The notes under the pieces were generated by a model. That model saw only the letters and a list, made by a program, of their open reading frames with translations, was not told where the DNA came from and did not search any database. Below are positions 1 to 9,554 of a DNA stretch of 53,777 nucleotides, in pieces. Positions within the stretch are counted from its first letter, which is position 1; each line of letters opens with the position of its first letter. Position numbers and translations under genes: made by a program. Source of the stretch: a virus (taxonomy: Duplodnaviria > Caudoviricetes); IMG/VR virus record IMGVR_UViG_3300025161_000009, positions 1 to 53,777 of that record; one strand, 5' to 3'.

Positions 1-663
1 AGAGAAGGCATGTCTCCTCTCGACACAAGAGGGGCACCTTCCACAAGCAGGCATACTAAGACTACTCCCTTCATAGCAGGTCCATGTTAGGTGGTAGGGC
101 ACACCAATCTCAAGTCCTAACTTGACTATCTCCCACTTCATCCACCAAGAGAATGGAGTAATAAGACGTACTTTATGGTATGTCCCGATATAGATAGCAC
201 TGCCCATGGACCCAACAAACTCTGGGGTGCAGTCAGGATAAGCCCAATTCCGAGCATCCTCTGCATGGATCCCTGAGTAAACATACTCAGCATCTACAGT
301 CAAGGCGACAGCAGAAGCGATAGACAGGAAGATGGCATTTCTAAAGGGTACATAGGTGGGAGATACTCCAAAGGACTCTTCTATCTCCTTATAGGTCATG
401 TGAGGGTTAGGAAGCATCTCACCTACTAGAGTTGACTTAGCCCCTTGGAAGACCTTGGTATCAATTGAGATCTTCCGGTGGCTTTCTACATGGTAGTAGT
501 TGTTAATCATGTAGGCTGCCATTACCTCCCGCATCTTATGCTTCTGCCCGTAGTCAAAAGAGATAGTGGTTATGTCCCCAGGGTCAGTTCCATTAGCAAT
601 AAGGCTGCCTAGAACTGTGGCAGAGTCAAGCCCTCCAGATAGAAGTACTACCGCCTTAGCCAC
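1..663 (-). CDS. queC: 7-cyano-7-deazaguanine synthase QueC (5' part; runs off the window edge, not in the ORF track)
   Basis: Hand translation from GTG at 663 gives VAKAVVLLSGGLDSAT...SFDYGQKH...PTYVPFRNAIF...YPDCTPEF...TWTCYEG...CGRCPSCVERRHAFS. These are the PP-loop SGGLDS and Zn-binding Cys motifs of QueC. Confidence 0.95.
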   Translation of the reverse strand, partial: MAKAVVLLSGGLDSATVLGSLIANGTDPGDITTISFDYGQKHKMREVMAAYMINNYYHVESHRKISIDTKVFQGAKSTLVGEMLPNPHMTYKEIEESFGVSPTYVPFRNAIFLSIASAVALTVDAEYVYSGIHAEDARNWAYPDCTPEFVGSMGSAIYIGTYHKVRLITPFSWWMKWEIVKLGLEIGVPYHLTWTCYEGSSLSMPACGRCPSCVERRHAFS

Positions 664-1231
664 CTGAAACCTCCCAAGGCATATAGACACCCCGGGTATG
701 GTCGATCTTCCGGATAGCCCAGACAACAGGCAAAGCGAGTAGGGTCATCCACATCTTCCCAACTACTTGCCCCAGTAGAAACTCAAGTGAGCCGAAAGCT
801 AAGAACAGGAAGACAGCAGAGTCAACTATAACTCCCACTGTGTTACTTGCGACTACTGCAAGGTACAAATTTTTCTTCTGGATGGGGGTGTAGACAACCA
901 GATCGAGCATCTCTGATACTAGGAATGCTCCACCTGATGCCAGAGCAATGGCAGGAGACAAAAAGGCAGATAGTACTGCACCTATAAGGATGGCAGCGCT
1001 TGACCACCCAGGTCCTTTACGCCTTTGCACAAGATCCCGTAAGGTAAAAGAAAGCCCCACTGCGAGTACTCCTGATGGAGCATACAACCCAAATCCAACA
1101 GGGATAACATAAGGGGGACCAGCCTCAGATGTAGGGGTACCTACATGAGTGATGAGGTAGTTGGCAAACCAGACAGTAGAAATGAAGAGTAGGAAGTAAA
1201 TCCAACCTTCAACATTCAGTTTCTTTTGCAT
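656..1231 (-). CDS. VUT/YhhQ-family (queuosine precursor transporter-like) membrane protein
   Basis: Multi-TM protein with AN..., F..RD.VQ, AS..AF.VSE..D..VY and SN..G..VDS..F...AFG motifs of Vut_1. Overlaps the queC start. Confidence 0.85.
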   Translation of the reverse strand: MQKKLNVEGWIYFLLFISTVWFANYLITHVGTPTSEAGPPYVIPVGFGLYAPSGVLAVGLSFTLRDLVQRRKGPGWSSAAILIGAVLSAFLSPAIALASGGAFLVSEMLDLVVYTPIQKKNLYLAVVASNTVGVIVDSAVFLFLAFGSLEFLLGQVVGKMWMTLLALPVVWAIRKIDHTRGVYMPWEVSGG

Positions 1232-1517
1232 GACAGTTCTCCTTCAGTTTTGAGATAGGTTATCTGAAATACTACTAGCTCGGGATTAGCGAGAAACCTT
1301 GATAATCTGCACCTCCGTAGAACAAAAGTTTGCCTGTAGGGTAGTTAAAGTTTGTAATAAAGCAAGCTTCCCACTCACCAATATTATCTTCTACCCTACA
1401 GGCATTAGGGTTGGCGCCAAGCAGTTAACAGGTCTTGTTACCTGCTTGGTTCTGCAAAGGGGGTTGAGCCTGGATCCAGTTTATACCGAACTAGGATGGG
1501 CTACCCCCTTGTGCATT
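1232..1517 (-). ncRNA. Structured non-coding leader upstream of the yhhQ-queC-queF operon
   Basis: Three consecutive long stems: 1331-1344/1391-1404 (14 bp perfect), 1417-1449 and 1457-1510. Confidence 0.45.
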
Positions 1518-2030
1518 CTAGCGGAACTTGGGCTTGTTATCCTTGTTGCCCTTGGAAGTAGGTTTTCTTGGAGTTTCCCCTGCAGATTTACTAGGAGTGG
1601 AACTAGGTTCAAAGGGAGGGTCCGACTCTAGGTAAAGTCGACTGACAGTGTTCTGGATTCTTCCATTCCTAATCTGGGTACCTACATCAGCAGTACAACC
1701 TAATCCAGCTAGCTGCGGGTAGATTAGAAAGTTAGTTTCCTCGTCAATCTCCAGGTCCAAGTCTACTGTCTCCTCGTCAATAACGCCTAGATCCAAGAAT
1801 TGCCGGTAAAGGTAGTACATAGATTTCTCAGTCAATCCATTAGTATACCATATCTTGCGCCCTGAGTACTCACCATCAGAGATAGTTAGTGTCCAGTTCA
1901 AATAGTAACTACCGGGCTTCTCGGATGACTCCCTTAGTTCTACAGATTCGATAGTCACAGGGTACTGCCCCTTAGGCAGGGGCTCAAACTCCTCAATACC
2001 TGAAAAGTCAAGATGAATAGTTGGGGACAT
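1518..2030 (-). CDS. DUF669-like single-stranded DNA-binding protein
   Basis: FEPLPKGQY.V.I..VE...S......YLNW...I.DGEY.GRKIW pattern; follows Sak4-like ATPase. Confidence 0.75.
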   Translation of the reverse strand: MSPTIHLDFSGIEEFEPLPKGQYPVTIESVELRESSEKPGSYYLNWTLTISDGEYSGRKIWYTNGLTEKSMYYLYRQFLDLGVIDEETVDLDLEIDEETNFLIYPQLAGLGCTADVGTQIRNGRIQNTVSRLYLESDPPFEPSSTPSKSAGETPRKPTSKGNKDNKPKFR

Positions 2031-2040
2031 TTGTTTCTCC

Positions 2041-3012
2041 TTAGTTCTTACGGGTTGAGATAGTCATAGTTTTAGGCAGTTTAGTTTTAGACTTTTCTTC
2101 CTGTTGGGTCTCTTCTTGTGGGGTTTCTTCCTCCTTTTCTTCCTGTGGGGTTTCCACTTCTTCCACCTCTTTCTCTTGTGGGGTTTCCACTTCTTCTTCC
2201 TTAGAATTATAGGTCTGTGGAGTAGTATCTATTCTAAGGAGGTTGAGAATACTAGTGATAGTAGGATTCTCCAAATAGGAAGGGGCAATGACTCCATAGG
2301 GCATCCTCACTTTGGTGCGGATCTTTGCCTGGTTCTGGAGAAGTAAGTAGCGTGTTGTAACCAGGTTACCATCCTCATCCTGGGACTCCCCTAAAGCAAG
2401 GTAGGCGACCATCTCAAAGATTCCTGGAGCTTCATCTGCAAGGGCACCAGCAAGAGCAGGCTTCTTCACCCTGCCTTCCCGGGGGTCATCCTCATCTTTT
2501 GCCATACATGAGGCAAAGACATGAAGTGGGAGATCTCTGAACTTACGTAGTATCTTCCGCATTTGTACCAAGGCTATCCCGTAGTCCCCTTGCTCAAGCA
2601 GGTCTGGAATAGACCGGTTTCTAGTTGAGGATTCCAGTTGGTTGAGTAAAGCAAAGACATGAGACTCAGAAACTGAGTCAAGTCCCACTGAGTTGTATGG
2701 GTGCTTTCCAGACTTTAGCCAGTGGTAAGCATCATCAAAGTCAGACCAAGTCCGGATCTTGACAATGTCTATCTGAGGATTCCACCCGTCAAGGGTTGAG
2801 GTCCCACCCTCATAGTCAAGCAGTAACATGGGGTAAGTACGGGGATCATTCTGTGCAGTTCCGAGTAGATAGGTCTTCCCATGGCCAGATGGTCCAAAGA
2901 ACAAACATTTAGCGAGCCGGTTAGTTTCTGGGTGGGTCACCATAGGTATCTTAGAGACCCTCTCAGGAAGTGGATCCTGCTTTTTCTTACTAGAAATGGT
3001 TAGGGTAGTCAT
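2041..3012 (-). CDS. AAA_24 / Sak4-like recombination ATPase
   Basis: Walker A GPSGHGKT, LLDYEGG and LDSVSE motifs; acidic low-complexity C-terminus. Confidence 0.85.
   Translation of the reverse strand: MTTLTISSKKKQDPLPERVSKIPMVTHPETNRLAKCLFFGPSGHGKTYLLGTAQNDPRTYPMLLLDYEGGTSTLDGWNPQIDIVKIRTWSDFDDAYHWLKSGKHPYNSVGLDSVSESHVFALLNQLESSTRNRSIPDLLEQGDYGIALVQMRKILRKFRDLPLHVFASCMAKDEDDPREGRVKKPALAGALADEAPGIFEMVAYLALGESQDEDGNLVTTRYLLLQNQAKIRTKVRMPYGVIAPSYLENPTITSILNLLRIDTTPQTYNSKEEEVETPQEKEVEEVETPQEEKEEETPQEETQQEEKSKTKLPKTMTISTRKN
2116..2200. repeat. Imperfect tandem repeat encoding E(V)ETPQE units
   Basis: Recurring tgtggg(g)gtttc(c/t) units; protein reads EEEVETPQEKEVEEVETPQEEKEEETPQEE. Confidence 0.7.
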
Positions 3013-3025
3013 TTATCCTCCAGGT

Positions 3026-4009
3026 TTAGTAATAAGAATTGGGTAGAAAATGGTTATTTAGTATATATTGATAATCCCCACCATCCTCCATAGCCTTACA
3101 GACTCCTAGAAAGACACAACTAGAACACCTGAAGGTAGAAGGTGATGGGTAAGCATGAGTAGTTGGGTCTTTGAGTATCTTCAGTATATCCTCTCCTTTT
3201 CTACGTGCTCTCGTCTCGAAATTGAGTAGCTCGTGCTCATTTCTAGTTGAACCATCCCGAGTAAAGAACTTCCCCCACCCCTGACTCTTAAGCATACTTA
3301 GAAAGTCAGAGTACTTCTCCTCCTCTAAACCTAATTCTTGGATTTTCTGGAGGTACAGGGTATAGATAGTTCTCTGGTCTTTATCCTTAGACAACTCTCC
3401 ATTCTTGAGAATCCTGGGTTCAGCAGGTAAGTCCTTGATGAGTACATTGTAGAGCACCCCAGCAGGGATCTCTCCATATAACTTCCATACCATGTAGGCA
3501 TACCCAGTTAACTGCTCGTCTACATCTAACCCTTTTAGGTCATAGGTAGAACTTGCTGTTTTATGGTCAACTACCCATAATCCATCAGACCTCTTGAGTA
3601 CTAGGTCTATCCTGCCTGAAAGGTTGAAAGTCGGTTGGGGGATAGTTACATACTTTTCAACTTCTACAACCTTACCCTGAAGGGGGTTCTCATAGTCATA
3701 GACAGAATAGTTTTGTACCATGCCTAGAGCCAGCTCCCCTAGTTCCTCCAGTTCTGGCCTAAAGGTCTCCCATGGAGTGAAAGTTTCGCTCATAGAAGAA
3801 AAAGACTTAGTAATGTATTCTTGCATAGACCTTAAAACTATGGGTAGGTCTTTCTTACCCTTATAGTATGTCTCAAGACCCTTATGGACAAGTGACCCCA
3901 ACCAGAAGTGGGATTGAGGTTTCTTGGGTGAGTATGTCTTGCTCAACCACCATTGGCGCCTGCAGTCTGAGAAGTACGACAGATCAGTAATGGATATCTT
4001 AGGCTTCAT
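3026..4009 (-). CDS. PD-(D/E)XK (Cas4/RecB-like) exonuclease
   Basis: C..Q.W, GSLVH..LE, GRIDL, VVDHKT and QL..YA motifs plus C-terminal CxxC..C Fe-S-type cysteines. Confidence 0.85.
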   Translation of the reverse strand: MKPKISITDLSYFSDCRRQWWLSKTYSPKKPQSHFWLGSLVHKGLETYYKGKKDLPIVLRSMQEYITKSFSSMSETFTPWETFRPELEELGELALGMVQNYSVYDYENPLQGKVVEVEKYVTIPQPTFNLSGRIDLVLKRSDGLWVVDHKTASSTYDLKGLDVDEQLTGYAYMVWKLYGEIPAGVLYNVLIKDLPAEPRILKNGELSKDKDQRTIYTLYLQKIQELGLEEEKYSDFLSMLKSQGWGKFFTRDGSTRNEHELLNFETRARRKGEDILKILKDPTTHAYPSPSTFRCSSCVFLGVCKAMEDGGDYQYILNNHFLPNSYY

Positions 4010-4400
4010 TTGATTCTCTCTTCAATTTAAGTAGGCACCAGAGGGCAATCCTAAAAGAATCTTTCTGGTGTTGGGTAGGTTCTCCCTCCCAGTCATTAGG
4101 GGCTTTGTAATTGATAACCAGTATATCGTTCTTCCAAGTACCTGGTAGAACCCATATAGCGTTAGGGAAGGTCTTCTTAATCCATTCTAGTACTCTTTCA
4201 AGTTTTAAGTTCATTTCTCCTTGGGTCGGTACAGGCACCTTCTCTATAACTACCTTGATTGAGTCATCCTGAGCATACTTGACTAGAATTGACTCTTCCA
4301 AGTCCTCCTCCAGTAAGTTGCCTGACTCAAGTATATCTCCATACTGAGTTACCAGACAGTAGCCTGTAGTTATACCAGGGTCAATTCCAAGGATAGGCAT
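3999..4400 (-). CDS. RuvC-like / RNase H-fold Holliday junction resolvase
   Basis: N-terminal ILGIDPG.TTG, VVIE and H.KD motifs. Confidence 0.7.
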   Translation of the reverse strand: MPILGIDPGITTGYCLVTQYGDILESGNLLEEDLEESILVKYAQDDSIKVVIEKVPVPTQGEMNLKLERVLEWIKKTFPNAIWVLPGTWKNDILVINYKAPNDWEGEPTQHQKDSFRIALWCLLKLKRESNEA

Positions 4401-4441
4401 GATTTTAGTCCTTTCATAGATAGGTGAGGTTATATTATAAA

Positions 4442-6082
4442 TTATTCTGGGCCAGTTTTCCTTAGTAAACTCTTAGTAGTTTCTGAGAATCCCAGACCTA
4501 GTAATAACTCTAATAGGTCTGAGTCAGTCAACTTTGAGAGGTCTAGTACCTTGCCTGCTAGGTTCATTTCTACTAAGTCATCTATTGTACCTGGGCACTT
4601 CAAGGTAACTACCACAGGGGAGTGCTTAAGACCCATCCTTTCTACCCTATGCACAGATTGGACAAAAGTGTCCATAGAGAACGTTCTATCTACATAAACC
4701 ATAGTGTGAGTACAGATAAGAGAGTTCAGCCCGTACTTGCCTACCTCAGATGACAATACAAGTATATCCAGTTCACCCCCTTGGTACTTACTAAGGTACT
4801 CATGCCTTTTCTTTTCTGGTGTCCCCCCATGGATATAGGCTGCACGGTACTTAGAAAGGTTCTGTATACCCTCGAGTAACTGGTTGCCTGTCCCTCTCCA
4901 ATGGACCCAGATGAGCATAGGAACCTCAAGGCTTTCTGTGTCAAGAAGTTCTAGTATTGCATCTACCTTACAAGAATGATTGGTGAAACCTGTCCCCAAG
5001 TTTACTGGAGAACTAACTGCCTGTTGGAGCCTGGTCAACTTTGCTATACGGGTAGACATTGATAATCCCTTTGCCTGAAGTGCCTCAATCAGATCATACT
5101 GGATCTCCGAATATACATCTTTCTGTTGCTTGTCCATCTCAAGCTCGTAGGTCTCATAGAGAACCTTAGGTAGATCTACAACCTCTCTAAGGTTACGGAC
5201 AAACATTAGATCCCGGAATTCTGACTTGAAGTCAATCTCATGCTTGGATCCAATAATTTCCTTACCCCAGACAGTCTCCTTAATATTACAGAAAAAGTGT
5301 ATAAAGCGCCAGTAGGATAGGAAGGCGTTAGGCTCAAGTAGCTTGAATTGAGAATATAGATCCTCAACAGACCTGGTAATGGGTAACCCAGATAGTTCCC
5401 ATACCCTACCCGATCTCTGGCAGACCTTTGAGATGGACTTGAAGCGGAGTGTCTTACGATTCTTTACCAGTACTGACTCATCAAGTATTACAAGATCCCA
5501 TGCCTGGGTGTAGGCTAAGGTATTCCTAGTAACTGTGTCATAGTTGGTAACTACCCAACCTTCAAGAGGAATTGGATCTCTACTCCTGAGTACACTAACA
5601 GTTATCCCACCCCATTCTCTGCATTGAGACACCCAAGTAGGCAGTAGAGTTAGGGGTGAGATGATTAGTACCCTTTGGAACCCTAGTACTTGTGCCGCAA
5701 CTATAGAACAGGCTGATTTTCCAAGCCCAGGTGATAGTGCAAGTAAAGCTCCATGCAGGGGTGAGGACACCAGATAAGTCACTGCCTCTTTTTGGTGCCT
5801 TAGTAACTTCTCCCACTTAGGATGGTTGTTCTGGTTGCAATCTTTAGGCTCAAATCCCCAGTCCTGGAACCTACTTTTTGACTCTTCAGTAACAGTCACT
5901 GCATCCCTAAAGGTTGATAATAGTCGGGAGGCATACAGGTACACCCCAGGGAATCTCCAGAGGTGTGTCCGTATCTTCCTGCCTCCCAACCCTGGTAAGA
6001 TCCCATCCTCATTTCTTAAGTAGAGACCCTCAGAATACAGTAACCAGCCTACACCTGGTCTGTACTCAAGTTTCGCTGGCAT
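4442..6082 (-). CDS. SNF2-family (SF2) helicase
   Basis: HQ..A, PGLGKS, ILDES, LSG.P and Q...R..R.G motifs. ATG at 6082 follows GGAGG. Confidence 0.9.
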   Translation of the reverse strand: MPAKLEYRPGVGWLLYSEGLYLRNEDGILPGLGGRKIRTHLWRFPGVYLYASRLLSTFRDAVTVTEESKSRFQDWGFEPKDCNQNNHPKWEKLLRHQKEAVTYLVSSPLHGALLALSPGLGKSACSIVAAQVLGFQRVLIISPLTLLPTWVSQCREWGGITVSVLRSRDPIPLEGWVVTNYDTVTRNTLAYTQAWDLVILDESVLVKNRKTLRFKSISKVCQRSGRVWELSGLPITRSVEDLYSQFKLLEPNAFLSYWRFIHFFCNIKETVWGKEIIGSKHEIDFKSEFRDLMFVRNLREVVDLPKVLYETYELEMDKQQKDVYSEIQYDLIEALQAKGLSMSTRIAKLTRLQQAVSSPVNLGTGFTNHSCKVDAILELLDTESLEVPMLIWVHWRGTGNQLLEGIQNLSKYRAAYIHGGTPEKKRHEYLSKYQGGELDILVLSSEVGKYGLNSLICTHTMVYVDRTFSMDTFVQSVHRVERMGLKHSPVVVTLKCPGTIDDLVEMNLAGKVLDLSKLTDSDLLELLLGLGFSETTKSLLRKTGPE

Positions 6083-6299
6083 TCCCACCTCCTACCCGAT
6101 TACCAGTAACCAGGTTGATAAGCTCGAACTCTGAAAACTTGACACACTCAGGGTATTTTACTTCAATCTCAGTGAATGAGTTTTCTACCTCCTTAAGTAG
6201 AACCTCAGGGTCTGGAGTAGTCTCCCTAGTCACATCTACCCAAACTTTTACTTGGATTATTCCTAACATTAAAATCCTCCTTATTCTATTCTCTTCCAT
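6066..6299 (-). CDS. Hypothetical protein
   Basis: Tiles with neighbouring genes; start uncertain. Confidence 0.45.
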   Translation of the reverse strand: MEENRIRRILMLGIIQVKVWVDVTRETTPDPEVLLKEVENSFTEIEVKYPECVKFSEFELINLVTGNRVGGGNASET

Positions 6300-6556
6300 C
6301 TCATAATAACTGCTAAAAGGGCTCCTATAACCTGTAGAGCAGATAAAGGACCAAACCAAACCTTCCTTCCCTTTCTCAGGGCTACTGCATTTACAAGTTC
6401 AGAGCATACTTCACAGGTCCTCTCCTGAACCTCAAGTGGCTGTTGCTTGTACCACTCTAACATAGCCTCCTGCAAGGGAGAGTTCTCTCTATCAGACCCA
6501 TGGGTCATCAAGGCATGGTGGACCTTCTTAGGGTCATATAAGTCAGTAGTTCCCAT
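6281..6556 (-). CDS. Hypothetical protein
   Basis: GGAG SD upstream; tiles with neighbours. Confidence 0.6.
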   Translation of the reverse strand: MGTTDLYDPKKVHHALMTHGSDRENSPLQEAMLEWYKQQPLEVQERTCEVCSELVNAVALRKGRKVWFGPLSALQVIGALLAVIMRWKRIE

Positions 6557-6566
6557 TTGTATTCTC

Positions 6567-7211
6567 CTAAGGGATTTCTGATTCCAAGGTAGAAATGACT
6601 GACTCTGCCTCAGATGCTATTTCATCTACCTGGGATTCTAGTTCTGAGAGTTCACATTCATACTCCAACTGAGCATCCAAGTACTCCTGTTTACTACTGA
6701 AGCCATCAACCTTGGGGGGTAAAGGTTCCTCGAGGTAGCTCAGTTCCTCCAAAAGTTCCTTAAGGTCTGAGATAGCAGATTCTATAGAAGAGGCAAAAGC
6801 CTCACAGTTATCTGCTTTTTCTCTTATCTCATCAATAGTAGGAGAACCTGGGAAGTACTCCTCCTGGTTATCAGCCGATTGGTAGTACTCCTCACCAACA
6901 GTGGTAACCTGGGGGGCAAGTTCCTCAAGTGTAGAAATGACCTCTTCTAGCTTATCTTTCAAACTGTCTAAGGAGTACCCTGACGGGTCAAAGGCAATAT
7001 CCCTAATTTCTTCTTCCACTCCATAGAGTATAGATAACTTCTCACTGGTTGTAAGTTCTGAGGGTCTAGGATAATGGGACAGGCACCTGACCACCTTGGG
7101 GCCATATCTAGGCTCAGCATAATAGTAGCCCTCTCCAACATTGATAATCCTACCACATCTACCGCAGGTATGGGGCTTTCTACTTTTAGATACTTTATAG
7201 ACCTTAGGCAT
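6567..7211 (-). CDS. Zn-ribbon plus acidic coiled-coil hypothetical protein
   Basis: CGRC...C..H N-terminus, helical acidic remainder; GGAGG SD. Confidence 0.7.
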   Translation of the reverse strand: MPKVYKVSKSRKPHTCGRCGRIINVGEGYYYAEPRYGPKVVRCLSHYPRPSELTTSEKLSILYGVEEEIRDIAFDPSGYSLDSLKDKLEEVISTLEELAPQVTTVGEEYYQSADNQEEYFPGSPTIDEIREKADNCEAFASSIESAISDLKELLEELSYLEEPLPPKVDGFSSKQEYLDAQLEYECELSELESQVDEIASEAESVISTLESEIP

Positions 7212-7225
7212 CTCTAGCCTCCTAG

Positions 7226-7271
7226 AAAAGAGGTTGAGGAGGTCCTTGAAGGCAGTAAAGACCTCCTCAAC
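7226..7271 (-). terminator. Probable intrinsic terminator/hairpin after the DUF932 gene
   Basis: 12-bp stem 7233-7244/7260-7271 followed by CTCTTTT on the minus strand. Confidence 0.55.
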
Positions 7272-7281
7272 TATAGGGTAA

Positions 7282-8307
7282 CTACGAGTATTTGGCGTAG
7301 TTTTCTACAACAGAGTAAGCACGCTCCTTAACACTAGCCCGGTCTCCAAAGAGAGAGTTGATAAGGCGGGTAGACTCATCCTTACCTGTAGGGCGATAAT
7401 CCTCCCACTCGACAACTGCATTGTAAAAACCCCATCCTGTACCATCTGCAGCTGGGTGGTCCATACCAGTTCCCTTACCATGGAACAGTTCCAGTACTGC
7501 CTCACGGGAGCGCTCAGTGGCCCTCACATAGTACTCATAATCAATCATTCTCCGCTGAACTATCTCCTCAGGGGCATCTTCTCTAGGAGGCTTGGGATCT
7601 GGGTAGATTTCAGTTACCATTTGCCCTACTTGGACAGAGTTAGGCATAAAGCTAGCAAACATCTCAAAAGCCTGCTTAAGTGTATCAACCTTCTGGACAG
7701 AACGCTCATATAATCCAGTCATCCAGGACTTGAGTCGTTCTTGAGCAGTTGAGTCATGCACAACTCTGTAGACCTCAGAAGATGACCTCTTAGCAGCAAT
7801 AAGGGTATTCTGGCAAACCACCCGGACAGGTGTGATCCGGATTTGAATGGCTGACCACCCAGTATAGGGAGAAACTACCAGCATGTAGGTCTCTACAGGA
7901 TCCCCCTTAATGTCAATTTCTGGTAACTTAGTAGTTAGGAAGAGGGTTTCACCGAACCCGAGTGCACCGATTGTCTCCACAGGTTGAGTAACCGAGTAGT
8001 CGTAGGTCTCACAGACCTGTAAGGGGGTCACTAATTGGTATTCAGGCCCCACTATGCCTAGGACCCTTTCTTCTGGGTCATCTGGAACTGGGGTGCGGAC
8101 AATCGCCCGGCTAGAGACCTTACTATACCTAGCCTTATTATTACCCTGCATCTTTTGGACAAAAAGATCCCGTAGTTCAATGTCATAGGGGGTTATCCTG
8201 GAGAACGCCTCAACAGCGCCCAGGGGCTCCTCAGATACCATACCCAAACCGTGCCAGGCAGGTTGTCTTAAAGAATAGAAACGGTTGTTAAACAGATTAG
8301 CGGACAT
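7282..8307 (-). CDS. DUF932-family phage/plasmid protein
   Basis: PAWHGLG, TPVRVVCQNTL and GT.WG.YNAV.E motifs. Confidence 0.9.
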   Translation of the reverse strand: MSANLFNNRFYSLRQPAWHGLGMVSEEPLGAVEAFSRITPYDIELRDLFVQKMQGNNKARYSKVSSRAIVRTPVPDDPEERVLGIVGPEYQLVTPLQVCETYDYSVTQPVETIGALGFGETLFLTTKLPEIDIKGDPVETYMLVVSPYTGWSAIQIRITPVRVVCQNTLIAAKRSSSEVYRVVHDSTAQERLKSWMTGLYERSVQKVDTLKQAFEMFASFMPNSVQVGQMVTEIYPDPKPPREDAPEEIVQRRMIDYEYYVRATERSREAVLELFHGKGTGMDHPAADGTGWGFYNAVVEWEDYRPTGKDESTRLINSLFGDRASVKERAYSVVENYAKYS

Positions 8308-8337
8308 GGATTTGCTCCCCTTTCTTTGTTGATAATT

Positions 8338-8556
8338 TTAGATATCCGGAGTACTACACCCCTGGATAATCTTCACAGTATAACCAGATGCCTCATAAGA
8401 GAGCATCAGACCGATTGAAAGTCCTTGAGGTAAAGGGATGGATTTCTCCCCTTTATCTGGGACTAGGGAGTTAAGATTTGTGATAGTCACAGTACCTTTC
8501 TCCTCATTACAGAACAGTTTCCATTTAGGACCTTCTTTGTTATTCCATGCTACCAT
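8338..8556 (-). CDS. Hypothetical protein
   Basis: GGAGG SD plus ATG. Confidence 0.6.
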   Translation of the reverse strand: MVAWNNKEGPKWKLFCNEEKGTVTITNLNSLVPDKGEKSIPLPQGLSIGLMLSYEASGYTVKIIQGCSTPDI

Positions 8557-8645
8557 TCTAACCTCCTACTTTGAGATTTACTGACTAGACCTAGTCATAT
8601 TGGTACCTTTGAGGGAGTAATATTCACTCAAAGGTATGGATATAA

Positions 8646-8933
8646 CTACATCTCATTGGGGTAACGTCCCCCAGGCAGATTGTACCGGTCCTTAAATTCC
8701 TGGAAGACCTCTGGGAATGCCTTGCTCAACTTCTCTAGGTTGTCTGTGTCTGCTACTCTCATAGCTGCCATAATTAAAGTATAGAACTCGTTGCCTGACA
8801 ATCTACTGACATCCCTCACAATACTTCTGGACCCTAAGTATTCGAGTAGAAACCTAGGCATAGCTAATCTCCTTCTAGTAACCTCTTTAATCCAATCATC
8901 ATTACTCTCTGGTTCATTCTTTATTATAATCAC
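8646..8933 (-). CDS. Hypothetical protein
   Basis: Contains A...AD..N..KL..AFPE, a motif common in small phage proteins. Confidence 0.65.
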   Translation of the reverse strand: MIIIKNEPESNDDWIKEVTRRRLAMPRFLLEYLGSRSIVRDVSRLSGNEFYTLIMAAMRVADTDNLEKLSKAFPEVFQEFKDRYNLPGGRYPNEM

Positions 8934-8935
8934 CT

Positions 8936-9247
8936 CTACTCCTTCCTATGGGGTTTTCCATCTATGATCCACTTATTATGCTTTGTGGGGTCATGTTTAA
9001 TGTCATGGAGGTCCCCTCTTTCCTGAAAGCGCTTTCCTTCTCTAACTGCCTTGGACATATTTCTTTGGAGCCTCCGAGAGTACAAATTAGAAAACTTGGG
9101 ACCCCATGGTAACCTATATCTGGGTACAAGGGCTCCATCTGCAATAGCGCACCCTAGGCACTCAAAAGTCTTCCAGGAAGTTCCATCCCAGAATACCCCA
9201 AAATCTCCTCCTGGGGGCTTGCTCCATTCCCCTGGTTTATGTGTCAT
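8936..9247 (-). CDS. Hypothetical protein (CxxC)
   Basis: ATG at 9247 follows GAGGAGG. Confidence 0.55.
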   Translation of the reverse strand: MTHKPGEWSKPPGGDFGVFWDGTSWKTFECLGCAIADGALVPRYRLPWGPKFSNLYSRRLQRNMSKAVREGKRFQERGDLHDIKHDPTKHNKWIIDGKPHRKE

Positions 9248-9554
9248 GACAGACCTCCTCATCTGGTAACTTGATTGAGATGCCAATGTAGGACTTTCCA
9301 TAGTGCTTGGGGTAGTAGATCTTTACCTTGCACCCAGGCAGGTTCCTTTCAGTCCAACTAGCTAGTACATAGATGAGACAGACAGCAAAGTCCACCTTGT
9401 GGAGGGCAACTTCTATTCTTAGGCACCGGCGGGTCCGGTAGTGGCGTCCAGAGGAGTCTAGGTCCTTGTGGACGTCTTGGTAGATCAGGCAAGTACCTGA
9501 GGTAAAACCCAGACCCCTGGCATACTGGCGTACTGGTTTAAAAGTGTAGGTCAT
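9237..9554 (-). CDS. Hypothetical protein
   Basis: ATGA overlap with the upstream gene. Confidence 0.55.
   Translation of the reverse strand: MTYTFKPVRQYARGLGFTSGTCLIYQDVHKDLDSSGRHYRTRRCLRIEVALHKVDFAVCLIYVLASWTERNLPGCKVKIYYPKHYGKSYIGISIKLPDEEVCHDT

Noticed and set aside
1232-1330. Canonical preQ1-I riboswitch
   Set aside because: No GGUUC-loop short stem followed by an A-rich tail was found.
1299-1631. 110-aa plus-strand ORF, and the 78-aa plus-strand ORF at 13558-13794
   Set aside because: Wrong strand for this genome, non-ATG starts without an SD, and they overlie hairpin-rich non-coding tracts.
3026-4009. CRISPR-Cas system (Cas4-like gene)
   Set aside because: No array or other cas genes; the context is a Sak4/SSB recombination module.
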